The notes beneath the pieces were generated by a model that made no database searches, was not told the DNA's origin, and saw only the letters and a program-made list of their open reading frames with translations. A DNA stretch of 64,000 bases, from NCBI GenBank assembly GCA_937625935.1, contig OW569375.1:248001-312000 (forward strand), read 5' to 3'. Each line of letters begins with the position of its first letter. The first letter of the stretch is position 1. This DNA is from Tetramitus jugosus. Taxonomy: Eukaryota; Protista; Heterolobosea. Of this stretch, positions 33,657-45,730 are shown piece by piece. A program made the position numbers and the translations under genes.

Positions 33657-33934
33657 GATAAGTGATTTTGTTTGACTGGTTACTTTGAATCACAGTGTGG
33701 TGAACCACTTCAACCTTGCTAACAACAGCTCAAAAGACCATCCCACCTGGCGAAAAGACAAAACACTATTTTTGTAAAATATCGAGTTTACAATACTCAA
33801 TCGACGGAACAATGATACATCAGAGGTTCCATCAACTATTTGGAACAATTTACTCGCGCTTCCATATACAGCAACAAGAGACATAACCTTTATGGTAGTC
33901 GGGAACCAAAGGTATGTGATTGCTCGTTTATTTG

Positions 33935-35129
33935 CTAGTTTCTTTTGCTGATCCGTATCCAGTCAACATCGAGAACGTATTGGTTCACGTTGGCTGGAGC
34001 TTTTGGTCCTTGATTCCAATCAATGTTCAAAGTAATGTACAAGAAGAACGATTGGTCAAAAGGCCACTGTTGGGATCCTGCGTTCACAGGTTTCTGGTAT
34101 CTCAAGAGCTCAGTGGAACCGGCATTAAGGATCAAAACAGTTTCATCCCAAATCAGAGAGTACTGTTGGAACTTGTTAACATTTGGATTCTCATATCGAT
34201 TCTCCATAAAATCACTGAAATGAAAAGCATGTGATGTTTTTGTGATTCCGTTCACCTTCCAAGCAGCATTGTACTTTAGCATATTGATTTCACCTGACAG
34301 TGACCAACCTCCATACACATTATCCCTTGCCATGATGTTTAATCCGGCAAAAGGTCCATCGCCTGTTTCAATTCTAGCTCGAAAATCAATTCGGCCATAC
34401 TTGAATGGGTGTTAAAAGTTGAAATTCTTCCACTGCCACTTGTCTGTTCCAGGGATGCGTGATGCAGTCAACCTCATACAACACTCCATTTGGTGGTGTT
34501 GATGCTTCCTCCGTTGAATTCATCTTCGAACACGGACCTCCAACCTGATGGTACAGCCGGAATTGGTGTACTCGTCAATGAATTATCAGGAGAGGGTGGT
34601 GGAGGTGAAGGAGAAGGTGCAGGAGGAGGTGGTGTAGGAGATGGAGCCGATCCAACAGGGTATAGAGCTCCATTACAGCAACTATACAAGAGGGGAGAAT
34701 AGCAAATCCACATGATTGTGTCCCTACTGGGCACAACCTTGTTCCGAAACAAGTATGTACAGATGGAGAATAACATTGACCACCACAACAGGATAATCCA
34801 GCTCCGCAACCACACTGCGATGGTGGAGGTGGTGGAGGTGGTGTGGGAGACGGCAGTGGAGGTGGTGGAGAAGGTGGAGGATTAGGAGAGGGGCTTGGAG
34901 GGCTTGTACGTGGTACCAGGTTTCCATTCACACAAGAATACTGGGTAGGTGGATAGCAGGCTGAACCACATCGTTGTGTTCCAAATGGACATAAAAATCC
35001 ATCAAAGCAAGTGTATTGGCTTGGGTGGTAACAAGCTGCTCCACACGACTGGTACCCGCTTGGACACTGAGCACAGACCTCTGACACATCAATCGCCAAC
35101 AGCAATATTAATACGTTCCAAAAATTCAT
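33935..35129 (-). pseudogene. Frameshifted secreted GH16 beta-glucanase with Cys-rich carbohydrate-binding repeats and Pro linkers
   Basis: Signal peptide and CGxxCYxP repeats; frameshift near 34705; then WRSVFEDEFNGGSINTTKW, further shifts around 34480-34410, SGRIST, FKYGRIDFRAR, GEINMLK (catalytic EIDxxE lost) and WPFDQSF...VDWIR. Confidence 0.75.
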
Positions 35130-35712
35130 GGGTGGACTTCTCAAGTTTGTATTTTCAGTTGGTTTGTGTCTCAACAGATCTCACAAAACTTCGGTGCCTT
35201 TTAACCTTGTATGGTTAGATAGGTATCGCATACCCATGTACCACAAAAAACAGTAGAGATAGAAATACATTTGTAAAGTAAGGATACAATCACCACCCAA
35301 AGAATGCAAAGTACGACAGCCAGAAGGAACACGTAACTTCATCACGGAGTTTCACACTTCGGGGAATAAACACGTTCGGATGGTAACCAACATAGAACAA
35401 ACAAGTCCAACAAGTATGTCCACAACCATAGATTTTGCTATTCGAGAATGAATAGGGTATGATTGATGATAATAACTTCACCACCTTCAAGGTTATGAAA
35501 ACTTGAATTCCAGATAACCTGGGGAACGGGGAGTAAAATTCGACCGTTTCCCAGAGAAGAATTTTTCCCGATTGATTCCAAGGCGCGGAATTCGACATTG
35601 TGCTCACTATTTTCCACACAAGCTCTCACACTCAACAACAAACAACAAAGACATCTACGCGCACACCTGGGTAAAAAAACAACGCAGCGTGCATTTTCAC
35701 AAAATCATCATA

Positions 35713-38230
35713 ATGAGCCAACACACCAACAACAATAACAATATTCAATCGGCTCATTACTCTGAAGACTATCGTCAAGTGTCAAGTACACCCACTACAC
35801 CTACGACTACTACTACTACTACAACACCTACTACAACGACATTAGCAAGTAATCAAGTGAGTGGGAATGGCAGTGGTGGTGGTACTGTAGTGTACATGAA
35901 CTCTCCTTCATCATCCATCATTCAACACTCGACCCATCATGACGTCATATCGGACTATTACAATGATTATGGGAATACGGTGACTGCAGATACAGGTGAT
36001 TGTGTGTCTTACACGAACAATAACAATAATGATTATGACAAGAATGAAATTTTGAATTGGGGTATTAACAAGTGCAAGGGTACTTGTGAAAGCATGAAGT
36101 TTGGTGATTTGAAGAGCTCTGTGATCGATAAGAAGAACCGAATCAGAGAACAGGAACGAATTGCCGCCATGGGCCGTTTTGGTGTTTTACGACGGATTTT
36201 TGGCGGAAAAAATTCTAATGAAGAAACTTTGCCGTTGAACAATGAAAATGGAGGAGAAGAAGCAGCTCTAAAGAAGGCAAAGCCTCACAAGCTCTCACAG
36301 TTGCCTGCTACTGCCATCTCTGGAAATGATTTATTGAGTAGTTGTTTGTATGTGACTGGTCTTTGCACGAGCTATGCTGGATTTTTTGCTCCATTGTGCT
36401 TGTTGCTTGTCGATTTGTTGCTCTACTTGTACAAATCTATTTATTCTGAGGTTGGATCGGCAATTGCACTCAATGGTGCGAGCTATACCCTCTTGTTGAA
36501 CACTACTTCGAAACGAACTGCTTCTCTGGCTGCTTGCTTGACTGTATGTACATTCAGTGTTGTTGTTCATATTTGTTTATTTGAATGTTTATTTGAGTGT
36601 TTGACTGTTTATTTGCTTTCGATTGAATATGATCTTGACACTCTTTTTCAACGACCAATAGATGATCTCCTATGTAGCTACAGCTGTTGTTTCTGCGTCT
36701 ACTGCGATTCAGTACATGCGTCTGTTGCCTTACTGTGAGAATGTGCCATTGTTCTGGGGCTGTGTCATCATTCTAGCCATTTTCGCAGTGTTGAATCTCA
36801 TTGGTATCTCTGAGTCGGCTGTTGCAGCCTTCTTGATCTTTGCCTTCCATACTATCTGTTTGACTGTTCTCTGTCTCACCTGTTTTGGTTATGCTGTGTG
36901 GTATGATCGATTCGAAACATTGAAGAACAATTGGAATACTCAGTTTACGCACACGGGTCTCTCGAGTCGAGAAATGTTTGGTCACATTGTCAAGCAAATT
37001 TATTTGGGCTTTGGTGCTGGTATGTTGGGAGTGACTGGATTTGAAACATCAGCCAACTTTATCGAACAACAGAAGCCAGGTGTCTTCCCAAAGACATTGA
37101 GAAACATGTGGGCATTGGTTACCATCTTCAATCCAACCATTTCATTCTTGTCTCTCTGCGTCATGCCACTGAGTGAGTTGACCAACTCAAAAACAAACTC
37201 CAATTTGTTGTCTCAGATGGGAATGAAGAGCGTTGGTCGTTGGTTCCAAATTACACTCTCTCTGGATGCTGCTATTGTGCTCGCTGGATCAGTGTTGACC
37301 GGCTACGTTGGTATTACAGGTCTGTTGAGACAAATGGCACTTGATAGATGCTTCCCTGCTCTATTTTTGAAGACTAACAGGATCCGTGGTACTAATCATT
37401 GGATCATTATCACTTTCTTCGTTGTTTGTGTGTCCATGAGCTTTTTGCTTGGTCAATCCGGACTCAGTGCACTTGCTGGTGTGTACGCCATTGCCTTCTT
37501 GAGTGTCATGTCACTGTTCGCCATTGGAGACTTACTGTTGAAGTACAAGAGAGGATCAATCAAAAGAGGACCACATGCCAGCAAAACTGTCATTGTTTTG
37601 GCTGCTGGTGGAACAATGGTGGCACTATCTGCCAATATTGTGATCAATCCAGAGTATTTGGCCTTTTTCTTTGCATACTACACTGTTTGTGCCTTGCTGG
37701 TGTTGAGCATGTTGTGGCGTGTCAAGATTATCAAATTTGTCATCTACATTATTCACTCCAGATTCCACAAGTTCAAGTCATGCATCTGGTTCGTGCAAAA
37801 ACTGATCCGACACGCTCAAGAGATCAACTCTCAAAGTGTCATCTTCTTCTCCAAGAGTGACAATTTGTCCACACTGAACAAGGCCGTGTTGTACATTCGT
37901 GAGAACGAACTCACCTCGTGGATTCGTATCGTTCACGTCTACTCACGAAGTGATCCCAACAGAGACACCGAGTTGGACATGAAGTTGGATCAGATGCGCA
38001 GATTCTGCAGCATCATGGACGAGATGTACCCAAAGATGAGAATTGATTTTGTCGGTGTAGAGAGTGAAAAGCTGCTGGGAACAAGTGCTGCATTCGGTCC
38101 TCAAGTCGTCGATTTGTTAGAGGAGCACTACGGTGTTCGCAAGAACCAAATGTTCATCTCCTGTCCATCTGAAATGTTCAGATACAAGGTTGCGGATCTG
38201 AACGGTGTTCGTATCATCACTTCAGACTAA
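35713..38230 (+). CDS. APC-superfamily amino acid/cation permease with C-terminal cytosolic domain; exons 35713-36543, 36662-38230
   Basis: Motifs ATAISGNDLLSSCLY, LNGASY, GVTGFETSANFIEQQKPGVFPKTLRNM; about 12 TM segments; GTATGT..TAG intron at 36544-36661. Confidence 0.9.
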
Positions 38231-38392
38231 AACACAACAGTTCACACACGGAAAGCACATGGAGCCTAAGAAGCACAAGTCAAATAATAATAAATTCCAC
38301 GATATAGTTTTGCAAGTTCGTTTCCCAATTTCCATCAAAAGTCTGCAACGAACACAAAACAACAACAACCAACTGTTGATCATTGATTAATT

Positions 38393-39475
38393 ATGAGTCA
38401 CGCAATTCACTTATTGGGACATGAATATCAGCGACAAGTATTGCTGCAGACGAGTTCTGTCATTCGATTGAGCAACGGTAGACTTTTATTGGTCAATTGC
38501 TCTGAACTGACACAGAAGAGGTTTATAGAGTCTGGTGGTCTTTCGTTCAGTCGTGTGGATGCTGTTTTGATTACGAGTTTGTCTCTGAGGCATGTGTCTG
38601 GTCTACCTGGCATGTTGGCCATGTTGCTCTACAAGAAACAAGAGGAAAACCCGCATGTGACAATCGTGGGACCTAAGGGCATCCAACAATATTGCGAGAC
38701 AGTGTTTGCATTGACCGATACGTTCTTTCGAAAGATTGCAATGACGTTCGTGGAGTTAGACGCACAAGAAGGAGAAAAGATGGTTTACAGTCAATCGTTA
38801 CAAAGAGACAAGCGGTATGTGAACGTCTGGGGAATGACACACTGTACTGACAGTGGCGGTAACAACAATTCGGTGACTTGTACCTACTTGGTTGATTCTC
38901 TCTGTCAATCCGGGCTCGATAAAGCAAAGTTGGCGCTGTACGGAGTGACTGATAGTCACATTAAGGAGAAATTGGCTTCTAAGGAGTCTGTTGTAACGCA
39001 GGACAATATCACAATCGATTATGATATGGTCAAGGCTAAACCACGGCTCGACTCATTGATTATCATCTCTCCACCACTGTCGTCCACGACTGAAAGTGAG
39101 CGTGTGCTACTGACTCGAGACAAGCTGTTAAGTGGTTTTATCAACGCAGAGAAGGCAAATTATCCCATAACCTATCTGATTGAGGACTCAGTGCGTCGTC
39201 TACAGTACGACACAAACAGTGGTCATATGCTTGAATCTCAACAATCAGAACTAATTCGCAGCTTGAATAACGAAGAAACTAACCAAGCTCAATTGATTGT
39301 TCGTGTCAGATATTTGCCACCAGGAACAGGTGTACCAGAGGGGCTAGTTCAACTCAACCAAGTCGATCCTGTTACATTACACAACACATCCGTCGAAGAA
39401 ATCAATAACATGAGACGTCGGCTCTCGCGGACCGTCACTCCTCAGCTCAACAATACCACCATTCTCTATGTATAA
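38393..39475 (+). CDS. RNase Z-like metallo-beta-lactamase-fold protein lacking the catalytic HxHxDH motif
   Basis: LLVNCSELTQKR...VDAVLITSLSLRHVSGLPGML...IVGPKGI parallels RNase Z motifs I/II. A flexible-arm-like segment DKAKLALYGV...KLASKESV is also present. Confidence 0.6.
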   Translation: MSHAIHLLGHEYQRQVLLQTSSVIRLSNGRLLLVNCSELTQKRFIESGGLSFSRVDAVLITSLSLRHVSGLPGMLAMLLYKKQEENPHVTIVGPKGIQQYCETVFALTDTFFRKIAMTFVELDAQEGEKMVYSQSLQRDKRYVNVWGMTHCTDSGGNNNSVTCTYLVDSLCQSGLDKAKLALYGVTDSHIKEKLASKESVVTQDNITIDYDMVKAKPRLDSLIIISPPLSSTTESERVLLTRDKLLSGFINAEKANYPITYLIEDSVRRLQYDTNSGHMLESQQSELIRSLNNEETNQAQLIVRVRYLPPGTGVPEGLVQLNQVDPVTLHNTSVEEINNMRRRLSRTVTPQLNNTTILYV

Positions 39476-39521
39476 GGAACAATTTTGACAATTGTAGTTG
39501 TTAAGTGAAATTTTTATACAA

Positions 39522-41588
39522 TTAGAATCGTCCATCGAATCCAATAAATCCAGTGAGCAAGAACACCGGGAAGAATCTCTTCTTCTCGATTTGAGAACAC
39601 CAATTCCAAGCACTGGTCAACCTTCCATCAATACAACTGCCAGCATCCATAAAGTTGTCAGCACCACTGCCATCGAATCCAGATTGGAAGAAGTCACACA
39701 ATATTTCCTTCTTGAGCTCTTCAGAACCACCAAAAGTACAATCGATATAGTTTGCAATATTTCGATCCTTTGTCAACTTGTCAATATGACCTAGAGCAGT
39801 GACAATTGGTGAGAGAATTCTTTCCACTTGTGTGTACTTGTCAATAAACATCAGCGCGTTCGGCACATTGTGATCACCCAAATGTATCACACTCGAACCT
39901 ACCCAATTCTCACCCACAACTCTCTGCACACGATACAGGATGTTATGCATGGCCTTGCTGATTCGAGGGCAGGATTGAAGTCTGTTCAAACCTTGACCTG
40001 TGTCTCTCAATCTGTAAGGTGATCGCTCAGCATCCAGTAAATCTTGTTCACAGAAGTACCACAATCTGAACATGTCATTCAAGATCTCACGCCACAGTGT
40101 CAAAGACTGGAACACATAATGGTATTGTCTCTCGTGAGAGTGAGTCAATCGATGACCAGCCTGTCCTGCTCTAATCGCAAGAGAGTAAGGATCTTCAATC
40201 TCCTTTGGATGGAACATTGACGTCAGATAATGGAGCATCTGGTCACAGCAGTCTCTGCTGCCTCTCAAGAAGGCATTGTTGTCACCAATCGAGTACAGGC
40301 AAGTCTTGAGATTGTCAGAACTGATATCATCATTGGCGTACTTTCTGCTCAAGTGTTCAATTGCTCTCTCCTTCATCTTGATCTCACGCTGAACCTGATC
40401 TCTGGATTTGTCGTCTGACAGAATCTCTGAAGTAGCAATGACAATGTACTCATCAGATAGCATCTCCACCGCGTTCTTCTTCACCAGATGGGAATGAACC
40501 ATCTTTATATCCTTGACACAATTGAATCCCAACAAGTCCTTCACCTCGGACAATTGCGTATCCATGAGCATGTACAATAGTTTTCCATACTCGGATCTCA
40601 TCTTTTCAGGGTTCATAATCTTGTGACGTCTGCCCACTTCGAAAATGGTCTGGAAAAACAGTTCGTTATCCTCAAAATTCTTATCTCTAATGAGAGCTTG
40701 ACCAGTGGGATAATCTGATGCAACTACTAGACCACTCAGAATGGCACAAACGTCCTTGACCTGTGCATGAATTCTCGAAGTTTTACTCTTGAACGAAATA
40801 ATGTCCACTCGATCCGTATATTCACTCACTTTGATCGCAGCCTCCAACAATCGCAATGCCTTTCTCTCTGTGAGTGAAAGTCTCATTGGAATGTACTTTG
40901 CTCTCTCAGCAATGTTACTTGGTGCAACAGAAGCAATCATGGAACTGATTGGTGTTGGTGTAGCACTCAGAGCAGCAGCATTACCATTAGCATTACTGTT
41001 CTTGTTCTTGTGATCCTTGCCATTGGAAGTTGAGCTTGCTTGTGAGTCATTGTCTTCTGCTTCTTCTTCTTCTTCTGATGAAGCTATCGCTTGTTTCTTT
41101 GCACTTTCTCTCGTATAGTAAATGGAGCTTGCTGTAGTCGTAGTAGTTGTTGTTGTTGTTGTGTTACCTTCTTCATCGTGCATGGATTCACCTGCTTGTT
41201 GAGTTTTGATTCTTTTGGATGCATCTTGTTCAATAGGAGAGGAATTATTGTTGTTGTTGTTGGTGGTGGTGTCAGTAGTCGTAGTAGTTGTGGTAATGAC
41301 CACGGATTTGGTCGTGTGCTTTCTTCTTGTTCCCTTCTTGTGCAAATAAGCAAAGCAAACTTCACAATAATCATCACAGCACTGTTCACAGAAGAGTGAT
41401 GCAGGTTGATCACCACACTCGATACACATGCCATCATTGTGTGCTGCTGATGATTGGTTCAGTTGGTCCTGTTGTAGCTTGTCAAAGCTTTCATCGTCTT
41501 CCATGGTCAAATCACTGTCTTCTTCCTCTGGAGTAGATGAAGATGGTAGAGTACCGTCCAATACTTGTGATAGAGTACGTTTTGACAT
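39522..41588 (-). CDS. UPF0652/DUF2009 protein with N-terminal B-box zinc finger
   Basis: CIECGDQPASLFCEQCCDDYCEVCFAYLHKKG; RAKYIPMRL, GRRHKIMNPEKMR, IHLGDHNVPNALMFIDKY, AGSCIDGRLTSAWNWC. Confidence 0.9.
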   Translation of the reverse strand: MSKRTLSQVLDGTLPSSSTPEEEDSDLTMEDDESFDKLQQDQLNQSSAAHNDGMCIECGDQPASLFCEQCCDDYCEVCFAYLHKKGTRRKHTTKSVVITTTTTTTDTTTNNNNNNSSPIEQDASKRIKTQQAGESMHDEEGNTTTTTTTTTTASSIYYTRESAKKQAIASSEEEEEAEDNDSQASSTSNGKDHKNKNSNANGNAAALSATPTPISSMIASVAPSNIAERAKYIPMRLSLTERKALRLLEAAIKVSEYTDRVDIISFKSKTSRIHAQVKDVCAILSGLVVASDYPTGQALIRDKNFEDNELFFQTIFEVGRRHKIMNPEKMRSEYGKLLYMLMDTQLSEVKDLLGFNCVKDIKMVHSHLVKKNAVEMLSDEYIVIATSEILSDDKSRDQVQREIKMKERAIEHLSRKYANDDISSDNLKTCLYSIGDNNAFLRGSRDCCDQMLHYLTSMFHPKEIEDPYSLAIRAGQAGHRLTHSHERQYHYVFQSLTLWREILNDMFRLWYFCEQDLLDAERSPYRLRDTGQGLNRLQSCPRISKAMHNILYRVQRVVGENWVGSSVIHLGDHNVPNALMFIDKYTQVERILSPIVTALGHIDKLTKDRNIANYIDCTFGGSEELKKEILCDFFQSGFDGSGADNFMDAGSCIDGRLTSAWNWCSQIEKKRFFPVFLLTGFIGFDGRF

Positions 41589-41834
41589 TGTTGATGATGT
41601 GGTGTTGATTGTATGGTGGAGTAGGAGTAGTGTTGAGTGACTGTGTGCCGTTTTAAAGACTTCCTCAACCCAGAAGTATCATGACTTCTGTGTGGCGCTT
41701 GTTCCGTGACAGTCGCACATTCACCGAATATTACAACAAAAATTCTTTTGTTCCGCGTTTTTGGCGGCAAATGACGGAAAATCAAAAACTTTCCTTGTTT
41801 GAACTCAAATTGCAAACAACAAAAAGCAAACAAA

Positions 41835-42491
41835 ATGATGATAACAAACAGCTCTAGAAGCATCATGAGACAATGTCTCTCTTCTTCTATGCTTCTCCGT
41901 CAACAAATGATTATTCGTCCCTTCTCATGCACTCCCATTCCTTCACAATGGAACAACAATCATAAAACAGGAGATCAAGAAGATGACGATGACATGTATC
42001 TCACAGAAGAACAAAAAGCACACAAGAAAAAGATTGAAGCCGAATTTAGAGAGATTCAAGAACGATATGCCGATGTCCGAAAATTTATTCAAGATCAATT
42101 GAGTGAGAATGGTGGTGTTGTGAGTTTGGGACCAGTGGATCTTCCCTCGCCTGGTGTCAGTTCTGGAGATCCAGATTTGGATGAGTCGGTGAGAGCATGG
42201 AGATTGACCAATACTGAAGATGATCCGAGGTTTGCAAAGGTGTTCAAGAAGAAGACGGGGCCACCGAAAGGTAGTGCTGCGGCCAATGTGCTCAATATGG
42301 CCAATGGCTTGATGGATGGAGAGGACGATGATGATGATGATGGATCGACCGAAGTGCATCTGTCAGAGGAGGAAAGCAAGGAATATATCAATCCGTATAA
42401 TGATGAAACGGGTGAATACAATGGACCAAAGGGTCCCGAACCAACACGGTACGGTGATTGGGAGAGAAGTGGAAGGGTTTCTGATTTCTAA
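41835..42491 (+). CDS. SDHAF4: Succinate dehydrogenase assembly factor 4 (DUF1674), mitochondrial
   Basis: C-terminal GEYNGPKGPEPTRYGDWERSGRVSDF; presequence-like N-terminus. Confidence 0.88.
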   Translation: MMITNSSRSIMRQCLSSSMLLRQQMIIRPFSCTPIPSQWNNNHKTGDQEDDDDMYLTEEQKAHKKKIEAEFREIQERYADVRKFIQDQLSENGGVVSLGPVDLPSPGVSSGDPDLDESVRAWRLTNTEDDPRFAKVFKKKTGPPKGSAAANVLNMANGLMDGEDDDDDDGSTEVHLSEEESKEYINPYNDETGEYNGPKGPEPTRYGDWERSGRVSDF

Positions 42492-42622
42492 AGTAAATTT
42501 TATTATGGTGTACATTGACAATGGCATGTTGTATCTGAGTTAATCGTACAAAAGAGAGTGGTATTTCTCATCTATCTGAGTTCATGACAATATAATGTTA
42601 TATCGCGACATGATTGGGTATG

Positions 42623-43989
42623 TTAGTCGGTCTTCTTTGTTACAGCCTTTGCCAATTTGTGAAGACAGCGGTCAATGTATCCACTGACAACGAACACTCC
42701 TCCAACAACAGCACACATGGAAACAAGGAAGTGAAGCAGGGAGTCACCCGTGTCATGATACGAAATCTTGATTGGACTCAAATCATAGACGAAAAACACA
42801 CCGGGAATCATCATCTCCTTTGTTGGGTCAAAGTTAATCACATGCTTCGTAAATGAGAACTGATAACTTTCAATTGTCGATCCAAAAGTGCCTCTCTTGT
42901 ACGAAGTAGGAACCACCTTGATAAAGTACTTGTACAGTCCACTCTTCTCAGCAATGGATTGCTCTAGACCATCCATTGGATATTGAACATAGGGAATCTT
43001 CTCTCCAAATGACAATTCATGGACAATGTGACTTGCGTTGGATCGATTAATCAAAATAGGATTGAATTCGTGAACGTGGTGAACCGTGGTTTGATACTCT
43101 TGTGAGAAACTCCTGCCTGGAGCAAAGTGGAAATTACCTGCAACCTTGTTCACTTCCATTGCACCATACATGTTACATCCGGGATAGGAACTCATCATTT
43201 CATGGACACATTGATCAATCTTGTTCCTGGGAGGTGGTGTTTTCTTGAGTCGTTCAAACATGGACAACACTTCCTCGCACGTGTTGCAGCACTGTCTTCC
43301 AGCTTGAGATTCCACATAAACATCATCGACATGACACGATCCACAATAAAATGGAGATCCAGGTATCTTTGTAATATCAGCCACACTTCCAATCTCTTTT
43401 GTTGCAACATTAGTCAATTAAGTGAGTCAACCAACAACCAAAAAATCAAAAAACAACATCAACACCACCAATAATAATAATAACAACCACAACAACAACA
43501 ACAACAACATCACATACGAATAGGTGCAGGATCTTCGACAGGCACAACGACTCCATGCTCTGAAATTGGATTCTTGTGCATCCGATGATAAATATTAATT
43601 TGTTGTTCTCCACTGGCATCCACAGAATCCACACTCAAATCATTGCATCTCACATGAGGGAACGACACATTGAAATAAATGAGAATTTTTCCATTTTTTT
43701 GCAAATCGACACTGAGTCGATCTTCACGATGAACAGTGAGAAACATGATGAACTCTGAGATGACTAGATAGGCAACGAATAGAATGGTAAGGCCTGATAG
43801 GAAAGCTCCAAGATAGGTTCTCTTGGATACGTGACTCGGAGCTTTTTGGAAGAGATCCACTTTGTGAAGTGCTCTGACGAATTTTGATTTGCTTGCTATA
43901 TTGTTGATGTCATTGTCATTGTTGTTGTACAGTGCGTCAGCAGTGAGATCACCAGTGAACTCACCAATGATGTTTCTCTTCCTTAGCAT
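42623..43989 (-). CDS. ERGIC3: ER-Golgi intermediate compartment protein ERGIC3/Erv46; exons 43989-43518, 43395-42623
   Basis: FPHVRCNDLSVDSVDASGE, CGSC...CCNTCEEV, VNKVAGNFHFAPG, YKYFIKVVPT, PGVFFVYDLSPI, C-terminal KKTD; intron at 43517-43396. Confidence 0.92.
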
Positions 43990-44104
43990 GCTCTTTTTGA
44001 TTTCAATCAATTTTTTGTTGTTTTGCGAGGATTTTCGCGCTTCAAGATTATTCCGACGGAAAGAGAATACAATCACGAGTGAGGTTGGTTCGAGCACGTT
44101 GGGT

Positions 44105-45568
44105 TTATTGTGACTTGCCTGGGCAATTACAATCGATTTTGCATGCGAAACCGTACATGAAAGAAGTTTCTGGTGTTGCTGAGATTGGATCAAAGTAAGC
44201 AATGGAAATATCTTCTCCCTTCTTGATGTCTCTCAGTGCAGTGACCAGAATTCGTTGTCCATCCTTTGTGATTGATCGATTTGCGTTTGGTTTGCAGCTA
44301 TGATTTATGAAACTTAGAGTATTACCAACAAAGAAGTTCTCTCCCTGATTGTATGAATAATTGTAATTCACAAGAGTGAGCACAAACCGCTCGAACACTT
44401 CCAAAGGAATTTGATCGTAATCATCGTCAGTGAACTCCAGTCTTTCAGCAAAGGCATTGTACAAGTTTTGGATGGGCAAAAGATCCATTGGTACATGCTT
44501 TGTCTTGTCTTCTATCTGTGCTTCGAACACCTTGGACGGTATCAATAACCCCAAGAAGGGATGTGCTTCATACAAGTCTTGGACTTTTCCATCATCTGAG
44601 CGCTCCAACTGCATTCCAATTAACCGAGCAAACAATAAGGCCAATTTCGGCAGCTCTGTCGTTGTACTTGCAAAGTACTCGCGAAAATCCATTAGAGTCT
44701 CGCCACACAATCGCTCGTTATTCATGGTCCGATTTCTACAGTAATCTGACTTTGTATTTCCTTCTTTCACTTCCTTTCCACATCGAATACAAGCATTCTC
44801 CGAGAGTCCTACTTGAACAAACGGTTCTTCATCTATCAGTACTTCTCCCTTTGCGATACTTTTCGTTGCAAATACACCTCGATTCTCGTTTGATATCTGT
44901 TTCACTTCAATGGATCCAAATTTTTGTCCAATCGTCCGGAAGAATTCAGCATTGTGACGCACAGATGTATCGTATTCACTTGTCACACGTGGATAATACA
45001 TGAGCGCATCATAGGATCGTCCATCATTTCCATCAAAATTTTCACCACTCGCGTTTAACTTACTCAATTCAGTGTCGATACTTCGCTTCAATCGACTGAG
45101 TTGCTTTTCATGCTTTGTTAAAAGTTGTTGCCCATGTTCTGTCATCTCACCATGCTCATCCAACAACGTGTACTTGTACATGTCAGAAAATACTTGATTG
45201 GCCCAATATGCACTCTTGAATTGATACAGAAACACGTCAATCATCAATAAATAAATCGAAATGGAATCATCATTGTTACTCGTTCCCTCATCATCATGAT
45301 CCAAGGTGATTTCATTGGGATGAAAAGTTTCACGTGGATGATTCGATTCTAGACATCTCAGATAGTTATCATACATGTATTGCTTGAAACCCATCTTGTT
45401 GTTCACGCGAGCCAATTGGAAATAGAGCTCTGAACGATCTTTGCTAGAATGGCCACCACCTGCTTGTTTCAATTGATTGGAGATCAATTGTTTGGCTTCA
45501 ATGTACCTCTTTTGGCTTGTGAGTTGCTTGATTGAATTCAGGAGAGTTGTGGTCTTGCTTACGTTCAT
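44105..45568 (-). CDS. SMYD-like SET-domain lysine methyltransferase with TPR-like N-terminus
   Basis: RGVFATKSIAKGEVLIDEEP, INHSCKPNA, ALRDIKKGEDISIAY and post-SET Cys residues. Confidence 0.85.
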   Translation of the reverse strand: MNVSKTTTLLNSIKQLTSQKRYIEAKQLISNQLKQAGGGHSSKDRSELYFQLARVNNKMGFKQYMYDNYLRCLESNHPRETFHPNEITLDHDDEGTSNNDDSISIYLLMIDVFLYQFKSAYWANQVFSDMYKYTLLDEHGEMTEHGQQLLTKHEKQLSRLKRSIDTELSKLNASGENFDGNDGRSYDALMYYPRVTSEYDTSVRHNAEFFRTIGQKFGSIEVKQISNENRGVFATKSIAKGEVLIDEEPFVQVGLSENACIRCGKEVKEGNTKSDYCRNRTMNNERLCGETLMDFREYFASTTTELPKLALLFARLIGMQLERSDDGKVQDLYEAHPFLGLLIPSKVFEAQIEDKTKHVPMDLLPIQNLYNAFAERLEFTDDDYDQIPLEVFERFVLTLVNYNYSYNQGENFFVGNTLSFINHSCKPNANRSITKDGQRILVTALRDIKKGEDISIAYFDPISATPETSFMYGFACKIDCNCPGKSQ

Positions 45569-45730
45569 TCACACAGTTGTTTTTTTGTTTTTTGATCTTG
45601 TTCGCTGTCAGTCGTGTGAAAACTGCGTTCCAAGGCTTGAACTTTTGTTAGTTGATTGTGCGGAAGTGAATCGCTGGGATGAATCGATAGATTTGTATGT
45701 ACATGGTTTATTTGAATTGGGTGAACTAGT

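Noticed and set aside
35190-35210. U5 snRNA loop-like GCCTTTTA
   Set aside because: Mismatch to the invariant GCCUUUUAC, with no supporting long stem or Sm site.
43440-43512. (ACA)n/(ATA)n microsatellite as a functional element
   Set aside because: It is a simple repeat inside the ERGIC3 intron; similar tracts encode poly-T/N/Q throughout the window.
44080-44104. tRNA T-loop-like GGTTCGAG
   Set aside because: No cloverleaf or D-arm can be formed around it.
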